A stretch of 64,000 nucleotides of DNA from Octopus vulgaris (taxonomy: Eukaryota). Positions 38,212-51,799 of the stretch are shown in pieces; the stretch's first letter is position 1, and each line of letters starts with the position of its first letter. The stretch covers positions 104,346,001 through 104,410,000 of the forward strand of contig OX597817.1 in NCBI GenBank assembly GCA_951406725.2, in the 5' to 3' direction. The position numbers were made by a program, and so were the translations under genes. A model generated the notes under the pieces. That model saw nothing but the letters and a program-made list of their open reading frames with translations, ran no database searches and was not told the origin of the DNA.

Positions 38212-38700
38212 TAACATCTGTTTTCCTTGCTGGCATGGGTTGGATGGTTTCACAGGAGCTGACCAGCTGAAGGGCTGTTGAGGCTACCTGTCTGTTTTGG
38301 TATGGGTTCTATGGCTGGATGCCCTTCCTAATGCCAACCAGTTTACAGAGTGTACTGGATGCTTTTACATAGCACCAGCACTGGTACTTTTTATATGGCA
38401 CCAGCTCCTGTGAGCCCGCAAGATTAGGGATGCTCAGCTGGAGAGAGTTGCAGGGGACAAGTTTGTATGCAAGGGCAACCACACTCTTATTTAGCTTAAC
38501 ATGTCTTTTCAAGCATAGCAAACCACCAGGGGTTTCAGTCCCCTGTCATCCCCTCTGTGAGTCCCAACATTTGTAGATCCTTTCTCACCACTTCATCCCA
38601 TGTCTTCCTGAGTCTACCCTTTCCACATGTTCCCTCTACAAGTAGAGATCAGCACCTTTTGATGCAACTGTCTTCATTCATATGAATTACATGACCAACT
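38212..38700 (-). mobile_element. 3' fragment of an RTE-type LINE ((GAT)n-tailed family)
   Basis: Reverse complement of the GGCATTAGGAAGGGCATCCAGC...AACCCATGCCAGC 3' end seen at 43770-43917. Confidence 0.75.
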
Positions 38701-39469
38701 GAAACAAAATTTATGCTATTTCAATGGATGTTTCCAAATGAAAATATTCTGTGTATGCAAGAGAAGCAAATGAAAATTCTATATTCCAATAGTCAATATT
38801 GTAATACTGCACAAAGTAATACTTTTATAAAAAATATAACAACATTGATTGTTGAAACATTATAAAAATGAATGCTACATTATTACAAGGCAACCATAAA
38901 GATATACACCAAAATTATTTATAGAAACATAATGGAATTTAATCATAAAATTTCTTTTTCATTTTTAAATTTCATAATTGCTTTGTTTTAGGTGTGTTAT
39001 TGAACACAGCTCAGTTTGCTGCTTTTGTAGCAGTTTAGTCCAGGATCAGCTCTAACAGAGCAAACCTATGAACTGAGGTATTCTGGTCCTGACCATCTTA
39101 TCCATCTCCCAGGCCTTGCTAATGCAATAGAATTCTTTGTTTTTCATAGCCATAGTGTAATCTGCTATTTTTGGTAAGTTGATACCCACTTAGAGACTCC
39201 CTTAACAGCTTGTGCTCCATCATTAGCTCAATGATGTGGAAATAATACATGGTCACAATGATGCAACTCACAGATACTGCTGTCTTCATTGCAAATAACC
39301 CATTTATTGGTGTATGGAACACCAATAATGGGATTATTTTGGTGATAAGGAGATTATTTTGAGGATAACTACTGGTGTATCACACACCAATAGTTGGAAG
39401 ATTATTGTAAAATGTAATGAAATTGCATACATCTTAAAGTATTGTGGTCATCAATGAATTATTGATGAC

Positions 39470-39800
39470 CCAAGTTCACTCACCGTGTGACACCTTGGGT
39501 AAGTATCTTCAACAAAGCCCTGAGCCAGCCAAAACCCTGTGAGTGGATTTAATAAACAGAAACTGAAAAACGCCTACTTTGTGTGTGTGTGTGTGTGTGT
39601 GTGTGTTTGTGCGTGCATGCATGTGTACATGTGTGTTAGCTCCTCTCAGCCTGCTTGACAACTGGTACTGGTTTGTTTACATCCTTGTAACTTAACAGTT
39701 TGGTAAAAAGAGCCTGATAGAATAAGTACTAGACTTAAGAAATAAGTACTGGGGTCGATTTGACTAAATCCCTTCAAAGTGATGCCACAGAATGGCCACA
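39470..39800 (+). mobile_element. SINE family A
   Basis: CACCTTGGGTAAGT core, internal (TG)n, GATAGAATAAGTACT body. Confidence 0.75.
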
Positions 39801-41149
39801 TTTCTTTTACTTCATATATAAAACATGTAATGTTGATTAATAAAACTTTCTCAAGTCAACATGCATAGCCACATGACCAGCTAAAATTCACAACCAAATT
39901 TCCCTCAAATAACACCTGCAATCATCTTAAAAGAAAAGACAGACCCATTGTAGTCCTGTACATATGAAATTACAAGACAGACACAAGTCAAACATCTATT
40001 AGTGTACTCAATCAGGACTAATTTTGTTGTTTAAAACAGCAACAAAACTTCAACAATTTAAAAACACATTGCATCCCATAATGATTACTTTGCAGATGCT
40101 TGATGTAACTTTATTGTCAATTTGTACAAAGGTTTTTTTTTCTTTTTTTTTCTCCAGAATCTAAAGGAAGAGGCAGAACCTAAAACCCTAGCAGGGAACT
40201 CCAGTTCCGTGAGATTGATGCCATTAATATTGTTTAAACAAATCAAAACCTGCAAGAAAGACATGTGAGGAGGAGATTCCAGCAGGAAGACGCTTTAGAG
40301 ATGAAGGATTGGGTATACTGGTTAGAGCAGACGAAGGGAGAGTTGAATGCACCAAGAGTGTTGAGGTGAGTTGGTCATGGGTACTCGAGTAGCAGAGGTA
40401 TAAACCAGCTCCAATGAGTAGAAACCATTATAATAGTGATACACAGCACATCAGTTATCCACAGACTGGAGTGTGTTTATTAGTGACTGAATACCAATTA
40501 GCTGAGTGACCCTATTCTGGATGCAATCCAAGATGCAACACCATCTCAGAGGTGGAAGCAACACTGCATTATGGGAGTTTGTAGAGTGTCAGCAGCTATT
40601 GAGGGTTGAAATATCTTCTGGTCCTAAAGAGAAGGGCTAGTCTTTTGAACTGCAGTCCTAATAATGCTAAGGATATACTTTCACCAGGTGGGATTTTTGG
40701 TGATAGTGAGACCCAGCATTTGGAGTAACTGTGAGGGCTCTGGCTGCATGCCACTCATGTTTAGAGGTTAAGTGGTGCAGTAGTTGTTTCTTGATATGAC
40801 TAGTTCTAAACCTTTAATCAAAATAATTCTATGTCCAAAAGTTGAAGAAACTAGTAAAGAAGATTTAATCTAATCTGAATGACTTTTAGACTGATATGTT
40901 CTCCTCCATCTATCATAGTTCTTGTTCCTACAGTCTATACCCTGCTCAGTTGAGAGGTCTTATCTTGCAAACACTTGGCAACTTCATTGGTGCTGGTGCC
41001 ATATAAAAAAGCACCCAGTATAAGTGGTTGGTATTAGGAAGGACATCCAGCTATCAAACTATCCAACCCATACCAGCATGAAAAATGGACATTAAACAAT
41101 GATGATGATGATATCATCATCAAAATCTTGAAGGCACAAGATAAGGCAC

Positions 41150-43917
41150 AATTAATTTAAAACGTATTACTCGAAGCTTTTGACAAAATAGAGAGGGATA
41201 TAGCATCACATGATGTGGAAGACAACTGGAGGTTTCTACAGATCTGTAAATGGTGCAAAGTCCCCTCTCGACCCAAGATAACATGGTGGTGGAACAATGT
41301 AGTTAACAGGGCCATGAAGGTAAAGAAACAGGCATGGAAGACTGGAAAAACGGTGGTAGCAGGGGATTGTATCTGATTGCCAGAAGGAAAGCTAGGAGAC
41401 AGGTTTACTTAGCCAGAGGGGAAGCAGATAAGAAAAAATTTGCTAATGCTCTGCATCATGAGGACCAAAGACTTGAAGTGCTTCATGTTGCAAGACAGTG
41501 TGTGAGAGAGAATCATGATGTCATAGGAGAGAAATGTGTCTGCATGGATGATGGTTCACTTGCATTTGATGAGGCTGCAAGGAGAGAGACCTGGAGACAC
41601 CACTATGAAAGATTGCTAAATGAAGGGAATGAATGGGAGAAAGAGAGTCTGCCAAATGTTTACCCAACAGAGTGACCAGCTATCCGAATTGACAGTACCT
41701 TGATAGATAAAGCAATTAAGGGTACGAAGATAGGGAAAGCCCCCAGCCCGTCAGGAATCACCACAGAGATGCTTAAAATATCTGGTGGTATCGGCTATAG
41801 TCTAGTAACCCGTATAGTCAATCAGGTGATACATGAAGGAGTCATACCCAATGTCTGGTGTAACAGCACTATAGTCAACTGCTACAAAGGTAAGGGTGAT
41901 GCATTAGATATGAATTATTACAGAGGTATCAAGTTGTTGGATCAGGTAATGAAAGTCACGGAGAGGGTCATAGTTGGGAGAGGGTCTCCCAACTAATTAG
42001 GGAGAGAGTCAGTCTAGACAAGATGCAGTCTGGGTTTGTGCCAGGAAAAAGTACCACTGATGCTATATTTCTGGTAAGACAGCTGCAGGAGAAATACCTA
42101 GCCAAAGATAAACCTCTGTATCTGGCTTTTGTTGACATGAAGAAAGGCTTTGACAGGGTCCCTTGATCCCTTATCTGGTGGTCAATGTGGAAATTAGAGA
42201 TAGATGAGTGGTTAGTGGGAGCTGTACAAGCCATGTACAGGGATGCTGTCAGTAAGGTGAGAGTTGGCAACAAGTACAGTGAAGAATTTCGGGTAGGAGT
42301 AGGGGTCCACCAAGGAGCAGTCCTCAGCCCCCTCTTATTCATCATAGTCTTCCAGGCAATAATAGAAGAATTCAAGACAGTATGGCCCTGGGAGCTTCTC
42401 TATGCTGATGACCTTGCTCAAAATAGCTGAGTCACTATCAGAACTAGAGGAGAAGTTTCAGGTGTGGAAGCAAGGTCTAGAAGTGAAGGGCCTTAGAATC
42501 AATCTAGCAAAAACCAAAGTCTTAATAAGTAGGAAGGCAGACAAACCACAAATCCCTTCAGGTAGATAGCCCTGCTCAATCTGTAAAAAAAGGCATAGGT
42601 AGAAACTCCATAAAATGTACCCGGTGTAAGCTATGAGAAGATAGTTTTTGTGCGTGGCAAATGCTCAGGGGTATTAATCACTGAAAATGGGCAGAAAACG
42701 GCTTCAGTCATATTCCAGGCGGAAAACTACAAGTAGTTGATAGCTTCCGCTACCTAGGTGACCAAATCAGTAGCGGGGGTGGCTGCTCTGAGAGTGTAGC
42801 TGCTAGAATAAGAATAGCTTGGGCAAAGTTCAGAGAGCTCCTACGTCTGCTAGTGACAAAGGGCCTCTCACTCAGAGTAAAAGGCAGACTGTATGAGGCA
42901 TGTGTGCGAACAGCCATGCTACATGGCAGTGAAACATGGGCCATGACTGCTGAGGACATGCATAACTTTGAAAGGAATGAAGCTAGTATGATCCACTGGA
43001 TGTGTAACGTCAGTGTGCATACACAACAGAGTGTAAGCACCCTGAGAGAAAAGTTGGACATAAGAAGCATCAGATGTGGTGTGCAAGAGAGATGACTGCA
43101 CTGGTACAGTTAGGTGTTGCGTATGGATGAGGACGGCTATGTGTAAAAGTGTCACACCCTAGCAGTAGAGTGATCCTGTGGAAGAAGTAACTCAGGCAGG
43201 CCTGGGATGAGGTGTTGAAGCACAACCTTCAAATGTTGGGCATCACCGAGGCGATGACAAGTGACCAAGACCTTTGGAGATATGCTGTGCTTGAGAAGAC
43301 CCAGCAAGTCAAGTGAGACCATAACCGTGGCCTATGCCAGTGCAGCATAACCAGCCCATTTAAGAGTACCGTTCAATCATTGGGCAATAAACTGTACTTG
43401 CGAAGACCTGTTGAGGCAAGTGAAGTTGTTGTCGTGGCCGATGACAGTACCACCTGATTGGCAACCATGCCAGTGGCACATAAAAAGCACCATTTGAGCG
43501 TGGTCAATGCCAATGCCACCTGACTGGTCCTGTGCTGGTGGCACGTAAAGAGCATCACGCGAGTGTGATCATTGCCAGTGCTGCCTGACTGGCTCCAGTG
43601 CCAGTGGCATGTAAAAGGCACCATTCAAGCATGGTCGTTCTCAGTGCTGCCTGACTGGCTCCTATGCCTGTGGCACATAAAAAGCACCATCCAAGTGTGG
43701 TCAATGCTAGTAGCATTTGACTGGCCCTCATGCTGGTGGCACGTAAAAAGCACCCACTACACTTTTGGAATGTTTGGCATTAGGAAGGGCATCCAGCTGT
43801 AGAAACATTGCCAGATTGGATAGGAGCCTGGTGCAGCCTTCTGGCTCACCAGCCCTCAAACCGTCCAACCCATGTCAGCATGGAAAGCAGACATTAAACA
43901 ACGATGATGATGATGAT
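41150..43917 (+). mobile_element. Decayed 5'-truncated RTE-clade LINE with (GAT)n tail, antisense in a taxilin intron
   Basis: YRGIKLL, FVDMKKGFDRV, GVHQGAVLSPLLF, LLYADDL, FRYLG, HGSETW; 3' UTR with ~60-bp degenerate tandem units; tail AACGATGATGATGATGAT. Confidence 0.9.
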
Positions 43918-43995
43918 AAAAAAAGAACTATTATATTTGAAGGAGTAATTGCTACAGGATTAAAGAATTAAGTTTTAACAGGATAATATACTTAC

Positions 43996-44043
43996 TATCT
44001 ACATTTTGTGAAGTTGGGATGGATTCATTTTTACACTTCTGAC
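43996..44043 (-). CDS. TXLN: Taxilin-family gene, 48-nt exon (phase 1-1)
   Basis: TTTTTTTTCCAG|GTCAG acceptor and ATA|GTAAGT donor; keeps the frame open (QKCKNESIPTSQNVD). Confidence 0.55.
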
Positions 44044-45173
44044 CTGGAAAAAAAAGCATGAGTGAAAATTATTTCTAAAATATTTGAAAAAATAAAATCA
44101 CACTTCAAACAACATTTAAAAGCAACAGAGAAAACCCTTTCATTTACTAAATAGAATAGCTAAAGTAAGAAATGTCGTAAGTGTCTGATGGAAAGGTGGC
44201 TGTTAGTTATATCAAGACCTTTCAACCAGGAATTCCAACCACGTTTCATGGTTCATTATCACAAGAGCTCCTTTATAGGATCAAGTAGCTAAAGACATCA
44301 TCGGGAGGAACCACGGCCAGTTTCGGCCCCTACTCCTCTACCATTTTCGATGTTGCAGTGTCCTGCTTTCAGAGGTGTCTTCAGCTCTGGTGTTGAGTGC
44401 ATTTTTTTCTTTCTGAACACCAGAGCTGAAGAAAAAGAAATGAAAAAAAAAATTGAATCAAGCAGTTTTTTTTTACTACATTTTCTAATTGTATTTCTTT
44501 TTGGGAGTGATCTGGGGAAGATTTGACTTATTTCTAATAGATCAAGTTAGTGATCAGAAAGACACCCTCAAGTAGGTTTGTTAACAAAGATCTCAGCATG
44601 TAAGAATTAAAGAGGAGTGCTGGAGATTATCAAAACAAGTTGAGTAACGTCTACACCTTTATAAGAATGCTTAGTCCAGCACAATAAAAATGTATAAAAT
44701 ATAATGGCAAACAAGAGTGCATTACTACGTTTTCACTTAGATCATTTAATTGTCATTTAGCTCTGGTTCAGCCTTTAGTCAGGCAAATCTTTGATCAAAG
44801 TGTTTTCAATTATGACCATCCCATTTTTTTTGTATATCAAAAACTACATTATCCAATGTGTCCAACTTTATTTTTACAATGGAGGGATATAATATGAGGG
44901 AGATTTGTTTGCTATTTCTGGCAGATTAACTGACTGACTGGACAATTGGCTTGTAAACCTTGAAGGATCAGCATCAATGGAGATAGCAGTGATATCACCA
45001 ATCACTTATATAAACATTTATCTCTCCTTGCCAGCTCTGCCACTGAGGTCTGACATCCTCAAATTTAACCTCACTCAGATACCACAGCTCACATGACTAT
45101 TTTGAGAATAGCAGCTGCTGCACATCCTAAAAGTTACACATTCTAAAACTTTTTTTTTTAATTGCTCACTTAC

Positions 45174-45300
45174 AAGTTGCTTCAGTTGAGGGAGGAGGAC
45201 TTTTCTGTGCTCTCAGACGTTCTTGCTGCGCTCTGCATAAGGATTCTAATTTTTGAATTTTTGTAAGCAATAATATACGTTCTTTATCACTTGAAGTTTT
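45174..45300 (-). CDS. TXLN: Taxilin-family gene exon
   Basis: KIQKLESLCRAQQER matches the taxilin C-terminal LE.LCRALQ.ER motif; AG/GT sites. Confidence 0.92.
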
Positions 45301-46559
45301 CTATAAAAAATAAACACAAAGTAAAATGAATAAAATAAAAAGTAAAATGAATAAAATATGAAATAAAATGAATAAAATATGAAATAAAATGAAGAAATTG
45401 TACTGTTTATTAAGTTTTGTTAATCTCGTAAACATGTTCAAGACATATATATTAACCCTGATACAAATATGATCGTCTGTTAAACATATTTCAAGCAGTT
45501 TAAAGCAAATAAAAACTAAAGACTAAGTGATAGCCTGCATTTGCCAAAAATCATTTAGTAAAGATCATAAATTTAAAGAAGTCCATAGAGCAGGGGTTCT
45601 TAAATCAGAGTACAAGTACCCCCTTAGGAGTACACATGAAAAATTGCAAAGGTATGCAAGCTTTGTAAAAACAGTGGAATGTTCAAGTAATCACAACCAA
45701 CTAAATGCAACTTGTACGCTGTGGAGAACCTTTTTCTACACGCATCTACTTATCATGTTCAAGGATTTTCAGCAATGTTTATTACTGAAAACAAATTTCA
45801 TACAAGACTATCAACTGAGAATGATATGCAGATGTGCTTCTCTGAAACTAAGGATGGAATTGAGTTACATATTAGAAATAACCAAGCTCATCCACTGCAT
45901 TTAAAATGTAACAGGAACCTTTTCCAAAGTCTTTAAGACTAGTGGGAGGAAGAGAATTTATTGTAAGGCTGGAGACCTAGTCTGAATCCTTCAACACAAT
46001 GGGTTCCAGTAGAGTTAAACTGTGTAATGGGTTAAAGGTACCTCCCAAAACAGAAATGGTCATTCCAATGGGCTTCCATACAATTTCTGCCTACCAAACT
46101 TCACTCTTACAGCTTTGATCACTCAGCAGCTACAGTAGAAGATGTGGAAGAGGCCGCCTAGTGAGACTGAACACCAAACCATATAGTCTCAAAGGAAACT
46201 TTAACAATATGGTCATACTAGTACCCACAGCAATTAAAAATTTGGACTACTAAATATTGATAAGACCTTTTATGTAAGAACTATGTAAAAACTAACCAGA
46301 TTCAACCTCTCACACCTAGCCTACAATGCCATTCTGAAAATAAACAATCACATCGTTGAAATCTTGAAGCTATGAGATAATGTACGATTAACTCGAAACA
46401 ATGTGAATAAACAAACATCATGTTTAATAGATTAATTTGAATGCTAAAGGGTTAAAATAGACTTAGCCATCGTTAAACTATTTCATAGAACACTTTTATA
46501 CCTTTTAAGCATTTAATTGTTTAAGCTCCATACAGCAATTTTATTGAAAAATATCTTAC

Positions 46560-46655
46560 TTGATCAATCATTCCTATCAAGGCTTTATTACAATTTTCCC
46601 ATTTGTTTTTCCATGCAGCGCTATCTTTCTCAAGTTTTCTAATTTTTCCACTCAT
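46560..46655 (-). CDS. TXLN: Taxilin-family gene exon
   Basis: MSGKIRKLEKDSAAWKNKWENCNKALIGM; 96 nt, phase 0-0, AG/GT sites. Confidence 0.93.
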
Positions 46656-46936
46656 CTGAAATAAACAATTGAAAGGTGAAACAGACACTTGAATATTTAA
46701 CAAATAAGTATTAAAATTCATAAAATGGTTAGTTTTAATATGAAATATACAAAATATTATTATACATAACTGAGAAAAACCACAAAATATAAGAAAACAG
46801 GAAAATCAAAAACAAAATCAAATTTTGAAATTGAAATCAGCAGAAACATGCTGCAGAATAATGAATAATAGGTAATAATGGTAATGTCACAAGTGTAAAT
46901 TCATGCTATAGGAAATCAACAACAATGGAAAAATAA

Positions 46937-47143
46937 CCCTTTCATTACCATATTTATTTTGAGATGCTCTGTGTTTCTTTCAATTATTTTAAATATAATA
47001 AAGAATTTAGTAAAATAACTCGGTTACCATTAAGCTAGTGTTAGGAACATGAACTGTGACTAAGGTTTGGTGGAAGATTTTAATTCAAAACTTAAGAAAA
47101 CAAGACATTTGTACTACATTTGGCCGGGTTGGTAATGAAAGGG
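46937..47143. mobile_element. piggyBac-type MITE (207 bp)
   Basis: Perfect 14-bp TIR CCCTTTCATTACCA / TGGTAATGAAAGGG flanked by ATAA and TTAA. Confidence 0.8.
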
Positions 47144-49407
47144 TTAAGTAAATAATATAGATGGAATGAAAACAGATTAACTCAACTCAACTAATCACAA
47201 AATATCTCCTAACAACTAAAATGTCATTGTTTTAATAACAAAATGACTTGTACATCGACAGCCAATCCCAATATATCTCAATTCTACCCTTCCTTGTATA
47301 TATTTAGTTGCTATAAAAATTTCTTATATTGACTTAAACCTTTTACAATTAATAGTAACTTTTAGAACACAATTTTAGTTATAATAGTTAATTTGAGTCT
47401 TCTTTTTCCTGCACATTTATTTCTAAAATGAAATACACTACATGACTGAGACCAACTAGTTTCTCAGTATAGTTTCTCTTTCCAGTATACTGAAAATACT
47501 GAGAAAAAAAGCTTCAGTTTTAGTAAAGATTAACACAGTATTTTTGGCATTAGTAGTAATGAAAATCAAATTAAAAAGCAAGAAATTTTAATAAAATTAT
47601 CTTGACAAAAATAATTTTAAATATACCTTCCATATTTATGCAAAATCTAATAGAGATAAATATAGGATGTAGGGAAAATGGTATAATACAACTGAAGAAA
47701 TGAAAGCCTTTCTGTGATGTGTAATTGTGATGGAAATACATCCAGCATATGATTGATTTGGGACAATAAATGTTTTCTCAGGAACATTTAAGGATATATT
47801 TTCATCATTATAACAGCAAAACCCAAGAAGAACAATCCTAGACATGATTAACTCACACACAAGTGTTTTCTTTTTTACATGGATATATTGCAAAACACTT
47901 TTGAATCTATGATTGCTTATAAGGACCAATTATCATTTACATATAATATATTCCATTAAGACCAAGAAAGAGGTATTAAAGTCAGGGTTATTGCTGATCT
48001 ACACAATGGCTACTTAAATTACTATGTTAAAATGACAAAAATGCCTCATAAGGCTGATTCATGATTGATTTATTAGAACCTATATTTTATTTAGGTCATC
48101 AGGTTTTTTGTGACAGATTTTTCTCATCAACAGATTTATCCACAGAAAATGTCAAGAAATATCGATAAAATGAAATTAGAAAAACAAAGTGATGATAAAC
48201 ACAATCAAAAAGGTAATAATATTATCACAATTTGAAGAGATAAGTAGAACTCAACGCTCTTATCTAAAAATACTAATAAGAACAAGCAGCCTGTCAACAG
48301 ACAACAGAAAATCAGCAACTTGAAAAAGATTTATCCCACTTCCATAAAACTTTCAATATATACATACATCTGGTAAATCTGCTGGTCAACAGAGACCAAG
48401 TTATTGTAAAAATAGAAAATCCATGAGATAGTGGGTGTAATCATTCCACTTTTTAATTTAATGTATTGTAGTTAATTAAATGGATGTACTGTTAATGTAT
48501 ATATGATGATGTGTGAGAACAAGGAACATTTGACTTCAGTAAAGGAAAACAGACAACAAGAATAAAGTCAACTAAACTTCTGGATGAAGCTGGCTTATTA
48601 GTTTCTCTGAAATTATACATCCAGACCAAAAAAAAATGTGTAAGTTGTATTCCCAGTGATGAAAATACAACACTGACCAAGAAACATGGAACAGAACCTA
48701 CAAAATATGGTTCAAAACAGGTTAAATGATGTGAGCCAATTACTGGTTGTAGCATTATCCAAGTAAACTTATGTACTGATTGATTTAAACTGTACCACAT
48801 AGCTAAAAATACATTTCTTCGAAACTTAAGAAAAATTGGTTAAGTTTTTGTCAAAGATTGATTCCATTTAATGGGAATCTTTATTTTTTTATTATTTTTT
48901 TTTTACTTCATTCACTGTTTAACTGTTATTTGCTGCAATTTTAAAAAAGTTTCAGATTGTGTATAAAAAAAAATTATCATATTCTCTAGAAAACAAGCAT
49001 ATGAACAGGATAGGTCAATTGCTTACTGATGAAACTCCTACAGAAATTTTGATAAAATTATTTATCCACAGAAAAATGCCTTAAAAATTAGAAGAAGAGG
49101 ATAGAAAGTTCATTCTTTTGTTCAGGCATATGGGATTACATGGTAAAAAATAAATGTTAGGGCTTAAAGAAACAGCAAAAAACAGTGTGAAAATTTCTGC
49201 ACTTTCACAACATAAGGATAGATTTAGTGACACATTAAGATAACAGAATTAATTTTAAGATAATAAAAAATAACATGAGAAGTGTGCCAGCCACAACAGA
49301 AGACAAAACAACTGTCAAGAAGGAATACAAAGGAAATAAATTGCTACAAGTGAAACAATAACTTTAGAATTTAAAATATAATGGTATGAGTCAAAATAGC
49401 ATAACAC

Positions 49408-49622
49408 TGGTTTCAAATTTTGGCACAAGACCAGCAATTTCAGGGGAGGGGCTAAGTCAGTTACATCAACCTCAATGTTCGACTGGCACTTATTTTATTG
49501 ACCCTGGAAGGATAAAAGGTAAAGTTGACCTAGGCAAAATTTGAACTCAGAATGTAAAGATGGACAAAACACCATTAAGCATTTTGCCTGGTGTACTAAT
49601 GATTCTGCCAGCTAGTTGCTTT
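49408..49622 (-). mobile_element. SINE family B
   Basis: Reverse complement of the family B body. Confidence 0.75.
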
Positions 49623-50078
49623 AAAAAAATTTGCATAATACTGAGATTTAATTTTTTTTTTGTTTCTATTTGTTGTATTTAGAAATTTAAAGATTACTTA
49701 TTTTTTATCAATGAAAATTTATCAAAAAAAAATATTGAATTAAGTTACTAGTTCTATCTTTTCCAGACAATGAAATTAACTACTTCATTTGTCCTCCTTT
49801 GTCCATCTTCATTTCAGAATGTGTGTACCATAACTTACTTTTCAAACTAAAGTTCACAATAGCAGAAATAAAACCTTCAGAATTTTAACCTCATGCAATT
49901 AACATAGTGGAAACATGCAAAATCAAAATAAACATTTTGCTGATAATACTAATGAATGTAAATATTCATGATTAATATGTAATATACCATTAACAATGTA
50001 ATGAATTACATATATGAATACTCTAATCATCATCATAATCATAAACAAAAAAAGACCACAATTAAAAATTAACCATAC

Positions 50079-50171
50079 CTTATCCATTTCACCTTTTAAT
50101 TTACTAAACATATCATTACTTTTTGTAATAGTTGACTGGAATTCACTGTAACGGTCTTTGTATGTCTTTAC
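50079..50171 (-). CDS. TXLN: Taxilin-family gene exon
   Basis: YKDRYSEFQSTITKSNDMFSKLKGEMDK (taxilin EFQ.TL.KSN.VF..FK.EM.K); 93 nt; AG/GT sites. Confidence 0.93.
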
Positions 50172-51109
50172 CTGCAGAAGAAATCATTCTTAATATTAAA
50201 AAATATCTTAATTTGTAAGTCTGATTATCAAGTATAATAATCTTACTATATTTCTTGTCAAAATAATCTTCCTAGATCCAATGTACATTTAACTGTTCAT
50301 TTTTGCATTTAACATCCACTTCCAATGTGTCTTCTTTGCACTCAATGTAATAAATCTTTTACCTTTAATCTGTAATCTATCTTTATAAAAACGACCCATC
50401 TTAAAAAGGAAGGTCACATTATATAATGTAGTTTTAGATATTCATAAAATGATAGGATGGTCATAGTTGGAATCCATTTAATCAAAGGTCTATTCAGTCA
50501 GCAATGACCTAGGGTTAAACAAAAACTGCAACAACTTACATATAACTTTATAAGTGTGATGGTATTAACATCAATAACATATTTTTGCTAGTTTAAAGCT
50601 TATTTTTGCATACTGTTGAACAGTATATTCTTTATTATTCATATTATCTAAGAGATGCAGTTTTTAACAAAAAGAAGCCAGTTAGTCATGTTCAAGGTTA
50701 TAACATTGCCATGAATGTGAAGGGAACATATATTCCAAAGATTAGATTTAGATCTACTTAATCATGGCTAAATAATGACGCCTCTAAAAGTTGGTTAATA
50801 TAACTAAATAACCACTACCTTTATCACATGGAGTTTCCTTATCAACAACCTTTAATACAGTTTCTGTGTAACAAGATCTACAAGAGATCTGTTTTCATAC
50901 ACCACATACTAATGATCTCTTGCCCTTGAAAAATTTAGCATAGTATGTTATCTTAATCCTTCTTAATTTTAATACCAAAACATAGAGAGAATATACAAAA
51001 TACCTTAAATCTTATAAACAATTACCAAAGACAGATATTAAAACTGTAACTAATAAATGAAAATTCTGGTTTGGCAACCAATAAGGAAAATATGAGCGTT
51101 TATACTAAC

Positions 51110-51163
51110 CTGTGTTTCAAGCATTACCATTTTTGATTCACTTTCTACTGTTTTCAGTGCCAT
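51110..51163 (-). CDS. TXLN: Taxilin-family gene exon
   Basis: 54 nt, phase 0-0, MALKTVESESKMVMLETQ; AATAG acceptor and GTTAGT donor. Confidence 0.75.
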
Positions 51164-51799
51164 CTATTTAAAGAATAAGAGTATAATACAAACCAATATG
51201 GTGAAGGTCATCAGATACTTTCTAATCAAATACTAAAATATGAGGATGTTCATGGAGACAAAATAATCAATGAAGACATATAGCATTGGCATTGACCGAA
51301 AATAGAGTAACTCAACTAAGGGCCTGCTACACAGCTGCTTAAACCTGTAGAAATAGCATCCAAATCTCATTCAGATCACACCTTACCATCTTCTTTAATG
51401 TAGTCCAAGATGCATTGCATCTGAATGAGGACCTGACTGTCATAGCTGGAATGTCTTTGATCATGGATCATCTTCGATAGGGGTGACTTCAAACTAACAC
51501 AACAACCACCACTACCAAGAGAAGAGAGAGAGGTGGGGGGATGTTTGTATGGGAGAATAAATGTATGCAGCATCAGTGTGGATGTATTTGGATGGATAGG
51601 TGAGCAGTTAATGGAGTTGGGTGACTCAAACCCACAGAATTAGTGCAACTATGTTTATCAGCATGTAATTATGGTTGTGGTGTGTAAAGAGATCCTTAAT
51701 ATTTGGATTGTTTATTGTTGTTTAGGCCCAGGTGACCCTTGATTAAGTAGATTTATGATTTTTATTTTTTGAAATCATAGTCATGGCAGATACTGGTGT

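Noticed and set aside
43430-43760. Repeat-spacer-like array resembling CRISPR
   Set aside because: Whole units are mutually similar with no unique spacers, they lie in a LINE 3' UTR, the DNA is eukaryotic and there are no cas genes
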